Source of the DNA: Mustelus asterias
Taxonomy: Eukaryota
Reading direction: 5' to 3'
Assembly: GCF_964213995.1 (NCBI RefSeq)
Contig: NW_027590122.1
Location: forward strand, 930,001 to 994,000
Length of the DNA: 64,000 bases
The notes below the pieces were generated by a model, which made no database searches, was not told the origin of the DNA, and saw only the letters and a list, made by a program, of their open reading frames with translations. Shown here piece after piece: positions 20,532 through 32,084 of the stretch. Positions within the stretch are counted from its first letter, which is position 1. The number at the start of each line of letters is the position of its first letter. The position numbers and the translations under genes were made by a program.

Positions 20532-20649
20532 TGAATTGGGTGAACCATTGGTGTGAACAGAAAAGCATCAAGGCCCGTGCAACCCGAGTGACGGTGTTCC
20601 AGTGCACGTATTGTGAAAACTGCAGGAGAGACAGAAAGACACACGGATC

Positions 20650-21516
20650 ATGGAAAAACCATGGAAATGTGAGGACTGTGAAAAGTCATTCCGTTCCCCA
20701 TCAGTGCTGGAAATTCATCGACGCAGTCACACCGGGGAGAGGCCATTCTCCTGCTCCAATTGTGGGAAAGGATTCACTCGGTTATCGATCTTGCGGACAC
20801 ACCAGCGAGTTCACACCGCGGAGAGGCCATTCACCTGCTCTCAGTGTGGGAAGGGATTCACTCAGTCATCGCACTTGCTGATACACCAGCGAGTTCACAA
20901 TGGAGAGAGGCCATTCACTTGCCCCATGTGTGAGAAGGGATTCAGCGATTCATCCACACTGCAGACACACCAGCGAGTTCACACCGGAGAGAGGCCGTTT
21001 CCCTGCTCTGTGTGTGGGAAGGGATTCAGTATCTCCGCCAACCTGCTGAGACACCAGCAACTTCATACTGGGGAGGCTTCCTTCACCTGTTTTGAGTGTG
21101 GTAAAGGATTCAGTGATTCGTCCAACCTGTTTTCACACCAGCGAACTCACACTGGGGAGAGGCCGTTCACCTGCTTACTGTGTGGAAAGGGATTTAGCCA
21201 GGCATCCAGCCTGCAGACACACCAGCGAGTCCACACCGGGGAGAGGCCGTTCACCTGCTCAGTGTGCGGCAAGGGATTCAGTGATTCATCCAACCTGATT
21301 TCACACCAGCGAGTTCACACGGGGGAGAGGCCATTTAACTGCTTTGTGTGTCAGAAGGGATTCAGTCGATTATCTAACCTGCTGACGCACCAGCGACTTC
21401 ACACTGGGGAGAGGCCGTTTGCCTGCAATGAATGTGGAAAGGGATTCACACGATCATCCCACCTGCTGAGACACCAGCAAGTTCATAAGCGATTACAAGC
21501 ATTGGATTCTGCTTAA
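20650..21516 (+). CDS. C2H2 zinc-finger protein, 10 fingers, 288 aa
   Basis: MEKPWKC start, 10 complete fingers, acceptor TTTTTACAG at 20003, family 3'UTR downstream. Confidence 0.9.
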   Translation: MEKPWKCEDCEKSFRSPSVLEIHRRSHTGERPFSCSNCGKGFTRLSILRTHQRVHTAERPFTCSQCGKGFTQSSHLLIHQRVHNGERPFTCPMCEKGFSDSSTLQTHQRVHTGERPFPCSVCGKGFSISANLLRHQQLHTGEASFTCFECGKGFSDSSNLFSHQRTHTGERPFTCLLCGKGFSQASSLQTHQRVHTGERPFTCSVCGKGFSDSSNLISHQRVHTGERPFNCFVCQKGFSRLSNLLTHQRLHTGERPFACNECGKGFTRSSHLLRHQQVHKRLQALDSA

Positions 21517-22427
21517 TCACACCCAGGACTGAACCACATTCATTCTGACAGTTGGTGAAGTGGGAGGGTCGGAGGGTTTCTTTCTGCTGGACTGGCCAAT
21601 CTCACAACTTTGTTTCCAGTGGGCTGATGCTCTTTGAGCCTGGGAGAGCACATTTCCACTGAAATGATCCACAAAAACTGGTGAAGGATGTTTATTTAAT
21701 CCTGGATCATAAATAATGTTTTTCCTACCACCAAAGGTCGATGTAAAATAAATACATTTGTCTCTGTCCCATTGAGTCTACAGCACAGGGCCGGGCCAGT
21801 CGGCTCAATTGGTCTGTGTCAGTATTTATGCTCCACATGAGCCTCCACCCATCCCTCTTCATCTCCCCCCATCAGCATATCCTTCTATTCCTTTCTCCCT
21901 CATGTATGTATCTAGCTTCCCCTTCAATGTATTCATGCTATTCACCTCAACTGTGGTAGTGAGTTCTACAGTCTCACCACTCGCTGGTAAAGAGGTTTCA
22001 CATTAAATCCCTATTAGATTATTGAATCTCTGAAAATGCACACAGCATTTGTAACAAAAAGGATGAATTGTCAGCGCGGATAGAGATAAATGTGTGTGTC
22101 CTGATAGACATTACAGAGACTTAGCTGAAAGGTCACGGAGGCTGGGATCTAAATATTGAAGGGTATTTGACATAATGGAATGGCAGGAAGCTAGGAAAAG
22201 GTGACAGGATCTCTCCCATTAATTAATGATGACATTAGTTCAGTACAGAGCTACCACCTTAGCCTGAAAGATCAGGATGAAGGATCGGTTTGGGTCGAGA
22301 TAAGAAATGGTAAAGGTACGAGGTCTCTTGTGGGAGAATTTAATGGGCCCCTTACCTAAGTTACACTGAACTGATTTCTTTATTTTGAACATGACACTAT
22401 AATAGTATGTTTATTTATTAGTGTCAC

Positions 22428-22710
22428 AAACCGGCTCACATTAACACTGCAATGAAGTTACTGTGAAAATCCCTGAGTTGCCACAACTCAGCACCTATTT
22501 GGGGACACTGAGGGAGAATTTAGCATGGCCAATGCACCTGACCAGCATGTCTTTCCAACTATGGGAGGAAACCGGAGCACCCGGAGGAAACCCACGCAGA
22601 CACGGGGAGAACGTGCAGGCTCCGCACAGACAGTGACCCAAGCCGGGAATTCACCATGGGTCCCTGGTGCCGTGAGGCAGCAGTGCTAACCACTGTGCCA
22701 CCGTGCCGCA
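22428..22710 (-). mobile_element. V-SINE, subfamily with the GTAAGCCTACTTGTGAC/AATAAAT-type tail
   Basis: tRNA-like head and V-domain. The tail differs from the HE1 copies and recurs at 23322-23630, 28737-28968, 38352-38655 and 63160-63400. Confidence 0.8.
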
Positions 22711-23321
22711 CTCAGATGCTATATTGCACTGCCCAGAAATAAAATAAACACCTGATCAAAAAGGACTAGGAAAAAGTACAAACTTATAAATCTCAACTCC
22801 TTTTCACAAATACAGATCAAATACTTCATCATTTCCAGTTCCCAGTCACATCATTTTCTCATTATTGTGTTCTGATTATTCAAATAGTATCTCTATTAAA
22901 CTCATAGATAATACCATTATTTTATTCCGTGACGTCATATAAACTAACATTTGAAGCTAAGACATTGTTTTAAAGCTGTATTTACACATATTTTCAAATC
23001 TTCACCCAAAGCATTCCAAAGATTCATCCACAAACTGAAATATACACAGACTTCAAAGTTGTACAAACATAACATTTTTTAAACTTGGTTTTTTCTACTT
23101 AATTCATGATCTTCCCTTAAAGTCAACAGGTTCTTTGCAAATTTTCAGGCAATGATTCCTTTTTTGCTTCATCCAAAATCATTGCAGTTTTCAGTTCAAC
23201 TGACTTCCTAAACTTTAAAAACTGGACATTTTATAAGTAATTTGTTGCTAAGTTCTTGAAAATTCACTTTATTACTATTCATTTGGCTTTTTTCTGTAAC
23301 ATATCGATCGGATTAATAAAG

Positions 23322-23630
23322 TTAAAGTTTGATGTTTATTTATTCGTGTCACAAGTAGACTTACATTAACACTGAAATGAAGTTAATGGAAATCCCCCAG
23401 TCACCACACTCCGGCACCTCTTTGGCTACACTGAGGGAGAATTTAGCATGGCCAATGCACCTAACCAGCACGTCTTTCGGACAGTGGGAGGAAACCGGAG
23501 CACCCGGAGGAAATCCACGCAGACGCAGGGAGAATGTGCAGACTCCACACAGTGACCCAAGCCAGGAATCAAACCTGGGTTCCTGGCACTGAGAGGCAGC
23601 ACTGCTCACCACAGTGCCGCCATGTTGCCC
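23322..23630 (-). mobile_element. V-SINE
   Basis: Same structure as 22428-22710. Confidence 0.8.
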
Positions 23631-23842
23631 AAATATTCATGCTATTTTATAATGTTTCCCCAAACCTCTGAAGAATCATCTCAAGTGAACAATACAAAAT
23701 ATGCAATGACTGCGGATCCAATATAAATTTAGTCTTACTCAGAATTTCAATACTCTTTGATTATTTTATTTTAATATATTGTATGTGTGTTTTCCAACAA
23801 AAGGTATGGTCTCGGAGAACACCCAGAACTATATTTCCATAT

Positions 23843-24200
23843 TGGGGAGGCGATGGTGTAGTGGCAGTGTCACAGGACGAGTGACCCAGAGACTCAGGGT
23901 AATGCTCTCGGGACCCAGGTTCGAATCCTATTGCGGCAACTGGTGAAATATAAATTAGATGAAAATCTGGGATTAAATGTCTAATGATGATTAGAAACTA
24001 TTGTCGATTGTCATAAAAGCCCATCTGGTTTACTGATGTCCTTTAGGGAAGCAAATCTGCCAACCTTATCTGGTCTGACCAACATGTAACTCCAGATCCA
24101 CAGCAACATGGTTACCTTTAATTGCTCTCTCAGATCAAGGACAATTAGGAATGGGCAATAAATGCTGTCCCAGCAACACCCACATCCCATGAATAAATAA
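23843..24200 (+). mobile_element. Second tRNA-derived SINE family
   Basis: A/B-box-like head (TGGTGTAGTGG...GGTTCGAATCC), core TTTAGGGAAG.AAATCTGCC and tail GGGCAATAAATGCT. Other copies lie near 28330-28650 and 33386-35672. Confidence 0.75.
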
Positions 24201-24228
24201 ATGTTGACATTGTCTGTGGGGAGAGAAT

Positions 24229-24267
24229 AGAGCCAACGTTTCGAGTCTAGATGACCCTTCATCAGAG
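24229..24267 (-). ncRNA. Minimal hammerhead ribozyme, family B (Penelope-like terminus)
   Basis: Minus strand reads CT-CTGATGA-A-GGGTC-ATCTA-GACTC-GAAA-CGTT-GGCTCT. The core is intact and the 5' strand of helix I is truncated. Confidence 0.65.
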
Positions 24268-24967
24268 GGGTCTGACCCCTCTTCTGTTTTTGTGAATGTT
24301 GCCATTGTTTATTATATTAACCAAGGGATTTACTTCACCAAATAACATAAACTTCGTTCCACTCAGAGTCGGTCACAATTCATTTTTGACAAACAATATT
24401 TTTATTTTCTCCAATTCAGCACTAACAATTTCAATAAGCTCTTGAAGATCCCACCCAGAATAAAAAATATTGGCATCATCTGCAAACAAAACTAATTGTA
24501 ATAACTGATGCATTCCAAATGTCATTAATATATAAAATAAACAATTGAAGGCCCAAAACAGATCCCTGTGAAACTCCACACAGAATATTCACAAAATCTG
24601 ATTCACATCACCTACTGTTACAAATTGTTGAGATTTCCAAATAACTTCTGAGCCACTTATTCACTACTCCCCTAATCCCTTGTTTCCAGTGTTTTAAGTA
24701 ATATTCCATGGTCAATTGTATCAAAATCTGTGTAAGATCAGTAAAAACCTCGATTGTAAATTGTCTTCTTGTCCACAGCATTCGTCATTTTCTCCACAAA
24801 TTCCATCAGTGATAATGAGATAGACTGACTTGGTCTGACTATTACACAGTGAGTTACATTGAGGAATGGAATTATCAGACCATTTAGCAAATGACTTCTC
24901 TTTTCTCTGAAAAATTAGAAAAGTGAAGACACTCTCCTGTAATTAGTATAGTCATGCAGTATAATAT

Positions 24968-25040
24968 GCCCGGCGAGCTCAGTCGGTAGAGCATGAGACT
25001 TTTAATCTCAGGGTTGTGGGTTCGAGCCCCACGTTGGGCG
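24968..25040 (+). tRNA. tRNA-Lys (anticodon TTT on a Lys-CTT-type body), probably a retroposed pseudogene
   Basis: 73-nt cloverleaf GCCCGGC...TTGGGCG. It differs from the vertebrate Lys-CTT sequence as I recall it at T8>G, C34>T and C48>T. No CCA and no T4 terminator follow. Confidence 0.85.
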
Positions 25041-25049
25041 TTGTTGTTT

Positions 25050-25384
25050 GGGGTGGCACGGTAGCACAGTGGTTAGCACTGCTGCTTCACAGCTCCAGGG
25101 ATCTGGTTTCGATTCCCGGCTTGGGTCACTGTCTGTGTACACATTCTCCTCGTGTCTGCGTGGGTTTCCTCCGGGTGCTCCGGTTTCCTCCCACAGTCCA
25201 AAGATGTGCGGGTTAGGTTGTTTGGCCACACTAAAATTGCCCCTTAGTGTCCTGAGATGCATAGGTGAGAGGGATTAGCGGGTAAACGTGTAGGGATATG
25301 GGAGTAGGGCCTGGGTGGGATTGTGGTCAGAGCAGACTCGATGGGCCAGATGGCCTCTTTCTGCACTGTAGGGTTTCTTCTATG
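25050..25384 (+). mobile_element. HE1-type V-SINE directly behind the tRNA
   Basis: Full head, V-domain with a small deletion, and tail. Confidence 0.85.
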
Positions 25385-26460
25385 TTTACCACCAGCTTTA
25401 AACCATGGAGTAACTTAGTCTATTTTCATTTTACAGGGAAATAGCCCAGTTTGAAAAGACCGGATGCAAATGTGTCAATGGTTTTACTCCACAATCAATA
25501 ACCTGCTTAATGATTGACATCTCAGTATTGTCTGAATTGGTAGATTTTTTATTCTTATGATATTTCACAATATCAATGACCTCCTTTCCATCAACACCTC
25601 TAAAACGTGGGATGGGATGAAGAGGTGGATCACTTTCTCTTGGAACTTTTATCATTGTCCATGAACTCTGTTAAAAAGAAATCCACATTTGGAAGCCCAG
25701 CCATTATATGAAATATCAGCACTATAACAGGAGAAGATAAGAAAGACAGACATATTGATCTTTTCATCAACACATCTGAGAGTTAAGAATGTGTGACATG
25801 ATTTTGGGACACCGGAGTGAGTGTACAGATGTGATTTGTTACATGTGAAAAATAACAAGCCTAAATTCATGATGAGATGGAGTGAAGAGCGGGTCCCAAA
25901 CACACACAGCTACTTGAGACACAGCAGGAGATGAAATGGTTCATGTGGCCAGGGCATTGAGACAACATTGTGACATCATCAAGGCACTGACACACACTCC
26001 AGAGAAACTGAGTTCAAAACAATCAGGATCCAATTAAACACATTGAACATGCTCACAAAAATAATATAGATTGGGACAATTCAGGTCTTGGGAGAAATAA
26101 TACTGATTACAAAGTGTCAACAAGTTGGATAGGGGTAAAGAGAGAGCTGGGGAAACTTTTACATCCATGCTTGATCTGTTGCTTGAAGCTTACTAGTAAC
26201 CGAGAACTCTCAGCGCTCCTTCAGGAGTAGAAAAGATTGAGTAGATGTTACCCCAGGCGGGGCCAGAACAGAACTGGAAAATAACAGTGAAATTGAGTGA
26301 GGGTCAGAGAGAGAGTTCTCCCCCCTCAAGGTGTGGTCTGTAAGAATCCTGGGGAACCCCCTACTTCGGGTTTTTTGACTAGTGAACATTAAATTAAATT
26401 CTATAACTGGCTGTGCCTTGATTTTGAATTTGATTGTTACATTTCTCCTGTTTTTATCCC

Positions 26461-27205
26461 TGTTATGATTACGCTCTGGGTAAGGATGGTTGACAGGTGA
26501 CAGGATGGGAAATTGTGGTTTGGGTCATTGACCAAATGGTTTGTTGATCCAAAAGGTGTAAAAGGGGCCAAACTTTATCAGAAATCCAGCAGAGCTGAGA
26601 ACAGACAACTTGCTGTGTGGGAGCAGGGGGATAAACAGCTCCCAGAGGACAGAGAAAACAGGAGGGCCTTGAATCCTGGATGATACCTGGGTGTCAAGGC
26701 CACCATGTTTTCACTGCTTGGCATGGGAATGCTGACTCCCTGTACCAGGGACGCAGCGTGGGAAGATAATTGTTTGAGAGTTTGACGTGGCTTGTGCAGA
26801 TACAGATGGTTCAATGACAGGTTTTCTAATTGGGCCGTTCAAATGTTAGCTGGGCAATGATTGGGTTAAATCAGTCTCCATAGACTTTGTGATGTAACAA
26901 AGTATAAGAAGGGATTCCCCGAGAACAGAGATTTGTCGAGGTTTTACATATTGCATTGACTGGTGCCATGGCATCTGGGGCAGAGCAGGGAGCATTTCCG
27001 TGGAGATGCTGCTTCTACCCAGAGTGTAATGGTAATGCTGCTGCATTTTGATACGACTGCTCAGACATTAGCCTGTGTCAGCTCTTATTGATCCTGAATA
27101 AAATCTAACCACTGTCACCAATAAGGGTTATCACTGGGAATCATTTCAGAGTTTGGGAAAAGGGGAGAAAGGGTTAATTGATTCCCTGAACCCCATTTTC
27201 TAACA
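26461..27205 (+). mobile_element. Probable solo LTR
   Basis: TGTTA...TAACA termini, TATAAG near 26904 and AATAAA near 27097. No convincing TSD. Confidence 0.45.
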
Positions 27206-28968
27206 TCGCTGAGTCAAAAATAAAATCTCATCTCCCCCTCTGGCTCCTTTGCCAATTACCTTAGAGGGACTCACTTTCTGTTAAAGAGCCTGCCAACCCC
27301 TCTCACCCACTTTCCCTAAAGTGCATCAATCTCATCAGGAAAAGTCCAGAACAATCAAATTTTTTACTGATAAAAGTTTATTAATGAAACAGAACATGGT
27401 TAAAACAAACAGAAAATGACTTGAGGATCAAAGACAACCAGAGTAAAGGATGTTCACAATGTTCTGGACACAAATGGTTTCTCTTCAGCTCCTCTGTCCC
27501 CTGTTCCCGTGACTCCCCGCTTTGGACACAGGGACACTGAACCCCGGGGGTCACGTCACCATCAGCCCTGGTCACCCCCTCCCGAGCCCCGATTGGTTGG
27601 AGGCCCATTTCCCAGTCAGTCCTCCAGCGCCTTCCTGTCTCTCTATTAGTGTGATCCCCATGGCAGTTTCCCAACTGCCATGCAGGCCTGTTATTCGCAG
27701 CTAAATTCAGCCCTCAGCTCCGTTGCCTGGCTGTCATTGACACGAGCAACAGAGACAGAAAGGTGTCCCAGGCTCAAATGGGAAGTCAAAACTTGTGGCT
27801 CTAAACCAACACTTCAACATTTGTCAGTCAAATCCATGTTATTTACACTGGGAGTTTTTATGATGAGATTAATTGAAGTGTTCGGCTGGTCAGCAAGCTC
27901 GATAAGCACTGATTCCAGATTGTTCAATACTTCTGTCTTGAATCACAAAATCTTCTCACTTTATCCCCTTCCTGAACTGAATTCCATTATCCTGAGCAGC
28001 TGTGGGTGTCACCTCTCTGTGTAAACTCCTGCCCCTTTTTATAAGGCTCTCTCATTCCTTATTGTGGGTCAATTCTTTAATGGTTGAGGATCGCTCTGTG
28101 ATGTAGTGAGTGTTTATCCGGTCAATCAATGTTTCTGATGTCAGTCAGAACGTCCATCGTTACTTTTCACCTGTTTCTTACTCTGTCTTTTATAAAAATA
28201 AAGTTTTCAAACTTTTACAGAATGGTCAGCTTTAAGGTTTCTTTAGTTCATGATGAGGTCATCCAAAGGTCAAAGCCTCTCTTTTCTCCTTCCCGTTTAA
28301 CTAAGGGTCTGTGGAATATTCCATTCACGGGGAGGTGGTGGGAATGTCGCTGGCCGAGTAATGCAGAGACCCAGCAAAGGATCTGGGGACAGGCAGCTGG
28401 TGGGATTTGAATTCAGTGAATCAATTTGGAATTATATAAAGTTAGTCTCAGTAACGGTGACCATGAAATTGTCATCGATTGTTGTAAAAACCTGTCCAGT
28501 TCACCCTATTAATGCTCCCTATTAGGGAAGGAAATCTGCCATCCTTACCCGGTCTGGCCTACATGTGAATCCAGACCCACACAGCGATGTGGGTGAATCT
28601 TAACTGCCCCTCTGAAATGGCTGAGCAAGTCACTCCATTCAGGGGCAATCATTCTAGACACCCACCACCCTCTGTGAAAAAATTGCCCCTCTGGACCCTT
28701 TTGTATCTCTCCCCTCTCACCTTAAACCTATGCCCTCTGTCTGTGTGGAGTTTGCACATTCTCCCCGTGTCTGCGTAGGTTTCCTCCGGGTTCTCCAGTT
28801 TCCTCCCACAATCCAAAGATGTGCAGGTTTGATGCATTGGTCATGCTAAATTCTCATTCAGTGTACCCGAACAGGTGCCACGGTGCAGCGATTAGGGGAT
28901 TTTCACAATAACTTAATTGCAGTGTTAATGTAAGCCCACTTGTGACTAATAAATAAACGTTACTTTAC

Positions 28969-29750
28969 TTAGACCTTTATAAGATCACCCCCAAGTCTCT
29001 TACGCTCCAGGGAAAAAACACCCAGTCTATCCAGCCTCTCCTTATACCTTAAACCATCAAGGCCTGGTAGCATGCTAGTAAATCTTTTCTGCACTCTTTC
29101 TAGTTTAATAATATCCTTTCTATAATCGGGTGACCAGAACTGTACACAGTATTTCAAGTGTGGCCTTACCAATGTCTTGTACAACTTCAACAAGACGTCC
29201 CAACTCCTGTATTCAATGTTCTGACCAATGAAACCAAGCATGCTGAATGCCTTCTTCACCACGCTGTCCACCTGTGACTCCACTTTCAAGGAGCTGTGAA
29301 CATGTACCCCTAGATCTCTTTGTTCTGTAACTCTCCCCAACGCCCTACCATTAACTGAGTAAGTCCTGCCCTGATTCAGTCTACCAAAATGCATCACCTC
29401 GCATTTATCTAAATTAAACTGCATTTGCCATTCATCAGCCCACTAGCCCAATTGATCAAGATCCCGTTGCAATCTGAGATAACCTTCTTCACTGTCCACT
29501 GTGCCACCAATCTTGGTGTCATCTGCAAACTTACTAACCATGCCTCCTAAATTTTCATCCAAATCATTATTATAAATGACAAATAAGAGTAGACTCAGCA
29601 TTGATCCCTGTGGTGCACCACTGGTCACAGGCCTCCAGTTTGAAAAACAACCCTCTATAACCACCCCCTGTCTTCTATCATCCAGCCAATTTTGTATCCA
29701 TTTAGCTACTTCACCCTGGATCCCATGAGATTTAACCTTATGCAACACCT
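28969..29750 (-). mobile_element. CR1 ORF2 RT fragment
   Basis: ORFs 29443..29769 (FADDTKIGG) and 28969..29424. Confidence 0.9.
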
Positions 29751-29859
29751 CCCTTGCTAAAGTCCTCATTAGATATCAATTCTACCCGTTACCGACATTT
29801 CACTGAACCAGTCTATATTTTCATCACCAGACTACACTGGCAGCAATGTCAACATCTTT

Positions 29860-31072
29860 CTAACTTGATTGATTCTATTGAGGAGCTGACAAGGGTGACC
29901 ATTGAGGGTAGAGCAGTGGATGTTGTGTACATGGATTTTAGTGAGGCTTTCAACAAGGTCCCTCATGGTCGCCTCATCCAGAAGATTAAGATGCATGGGA
30001 TTCACGGTGACTTGGCCACTTGGATTCAGAATTGATTTGCCCATAGAAGTCAGAAAATAGTGGTGGAAGGGTGTTTTTCTGACTGGAGGTCTGTGACGAG
30101 TGGTGTTCTGCAGGGATCCGTACTGGGACCTTTGCTCTTTGGGATACATATAAATGACTTGGATGAAAACGTGGATGGGTGGGTTAGTAAGTTTGCAGAC
30201 AACACAAAGCTAGATGGAGTTGTAGATAATGTAGAAGGTTGTCAAAGGATACAGTGGGATGTAGATCAGCTGCAGATATGAGCGGAGAAATGGCAGATGG
30301 ATTTTAATCCAGGCAAGTGTGAGGTGCTGCACTTTGGGAGATCAAATATTAAGGGTAAGTATCCAGTTAATGGCAGACCCCTGAACAGCAATGATCTTGG
30401 GGTTCAAGTCCAGAGCTCCCTGAAATTGGCCACACCAGTAGATAGGTGGTAAAGAAGGCAGATAGCATGCTTGCCTTTATTGAGTCTGACATCCTTTATT
30501 CAGGATGTCATGTTGCAGCTTTATAAAACCTTGGTTAGACCGCACTTAGAATAGTGCATTCAATTCTGTTCGCTACATTACAGGAAGGATGCAGAGGATT
30601 TGGAGAGGGTGCAGAAGATGTTTACCAGGATGCTGCCTGGATTGGAGGGGATGAGCTATAATGAGAGGCTGGACAAACTAGGGTTGTTTTCTCTGAAACT
30701 GCAGAAATTGAGGGGAGAGCTGATTGAAGTCTATAAAATTATGAGAGACAGAGATAGGGTTGACAGTCAGAATCTTTTTCCCCAGAGTTAAAATTTCTAA
30801 TACTAGGGGGCATGCACTTCAGGAGAGAGGGGGAAAGTTCAAAGGAGATGTGAGGGGCAAGTTTTTCCTTTGCACAGAGAGTGGTCGTGTCTGGAACACG
30901 CTGCAGCACAGGTGGTGGAGGCAGATACGATAGGGGCGTTTAGATAAACACATAAATATGCAAGGAATATGGACCAAGGGCAGGCAGAACGGATAAGTTT
31001 AATTTGGCATCATGTTCGACCCAATATCGTGGGCTGAAGGGTCTGTTCCTGTGCTGTACTGTTCTACGTTCT
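29860..31072 (+). mobile_element. CR1 ORF2 fragment with 3' tail, degraded
   Basis: ORFs 29754..30035, 30060..30281 and 30600..30791, ending in the tail GTACTGTTCTACGTTCT. Confidence 0.9.
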
Positions 31073-31157
31073 ATTAGTGATCTCCATTTAGAAAAAGGAA
31101 ATAAAGGCACTGGAGAAGGGGCAAGAAAGATTCACAAGAATAATCCCAGAACTGTAA

Positions 31158-32084
31158 TCACTTGTGAACTCGCTGGTGTTTCACCAAGTTTGCTGACCGA
31201 GTGAATCCCTTCCCACACACAGAGCAGGTGACCAGCCTCTGCCCAGTGTGAACTCGCTGATGTACCCGTAGGTTGCATGACTGAGCGAATCCCTTCCCAC
31301 AGTCAGAGCAGCTGAACGGTCTCTCCCCAGTGTGAATGCGCTGGTGGGTAATCAGTTCATGAGAGCTTTTGAAGCCACTCCCACAGTCAGAACATTTAAA
31401 GGGTCTCTCCTGGGTGTGAGTGATGTTGTGTCTGCGGAGGCTGGATAACTGAGTGAATCCTTTCGCACACACCGAGCAGGTGAATGGTCTCTCCCTGGTG
31501 TGAACTCGCTGATGGTTCAGCAATGCTGCAGATATTCTAAATCTCTTTGAGCAGTGAGGGCAGCTGAACGGCCTCTCCTCAGTGTGAATGCGCTGGTGGA
31601 CGATCAGTTTCTGAGAGCTTTTGAAGCCATTCCCACAGTCACAGCATTTAAAGGGTCTCTCATTGGTATGAATGACTCGGTGTGTCTTCAGGCTGGATGA
31701 CTGAGTGAATCCCTTCCCACACACAGAGCAGGTGAACGATCTCTCCCCAGTGTGAACTCGCTGGTGTATCTGCAGGTTGGATGAAGTTCTAAATTTCTTT
31801 GTGCAGTGAGAGCAGCTGAACGGTCTCTCCTCAGTGTGAATGCGCTGGTGGGACACCAGATCCTGAGAGCTTTTAAAACCACTCCCACAGTCACAGCATT
31901 TAAATGGTCTCTCATTGGTGTGAGTGAGATTGTGTTTCTGCAGGCTGGATAACTGAGTGAATCCCTTCCCACACACAGAGCAGGTGAATGGTCTCTCCCC
32001 AGTGTGACTGCGTTGATGAATTTCCAGCCGAGATGGGGATATGAATCCCTTCCCACAGTCTCCACATTTCCACGGTTTCTCCAT
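31158..32084 (-). CDS. C2H2 zinc-finger protein, 11 fingers, 308 aa, with 3-finger internal periodicity
   Basis: MEKPWKC start in a CACCATGG context, 11 complete fingers, acceptor at 32435. Confidence 0.9.
   Translation of the reverse strand: MEKPWKCGDCGKGFISPSRLEIHQRSHTGERPFTCSVCGKGFTQLSSLQKHNLTHTNERPFKCCDCGSGFKSSQDLVSHQRIHTEERPFSCSHCTKKFRTSSNLQIHQRVHTGERSFTCSVCGKGFTQSSSLKTHRVIHTNERPFKCCDCGNGFKSSQKLIVHQRIHTEERPFSCPHCSKRFRISAALLNHQRVHTRERPFTCSVCAKGFTQLSSLRRHNITHTQERPFKCSDCGSGFKSSHELITHQRIHTGERPFSCSDCGKGFAQSCNLRVHQRVHTGQRLVTCSVCGKGFTRSANLVKHQRVHK

Larger units (their letters stand above)
22735..25600 (-). mobile_element. Old AT-rich non-LTR retrotransposon (L2/Crack-like), fragmented by younger insertions
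   Basis: LVLFADDANIF (ORF 24373..24579). FKAGGKHDYTNYR can be reconstructed across the 24957-25384 insertion. The clade assignment is tentative. Confidence 0.65.
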
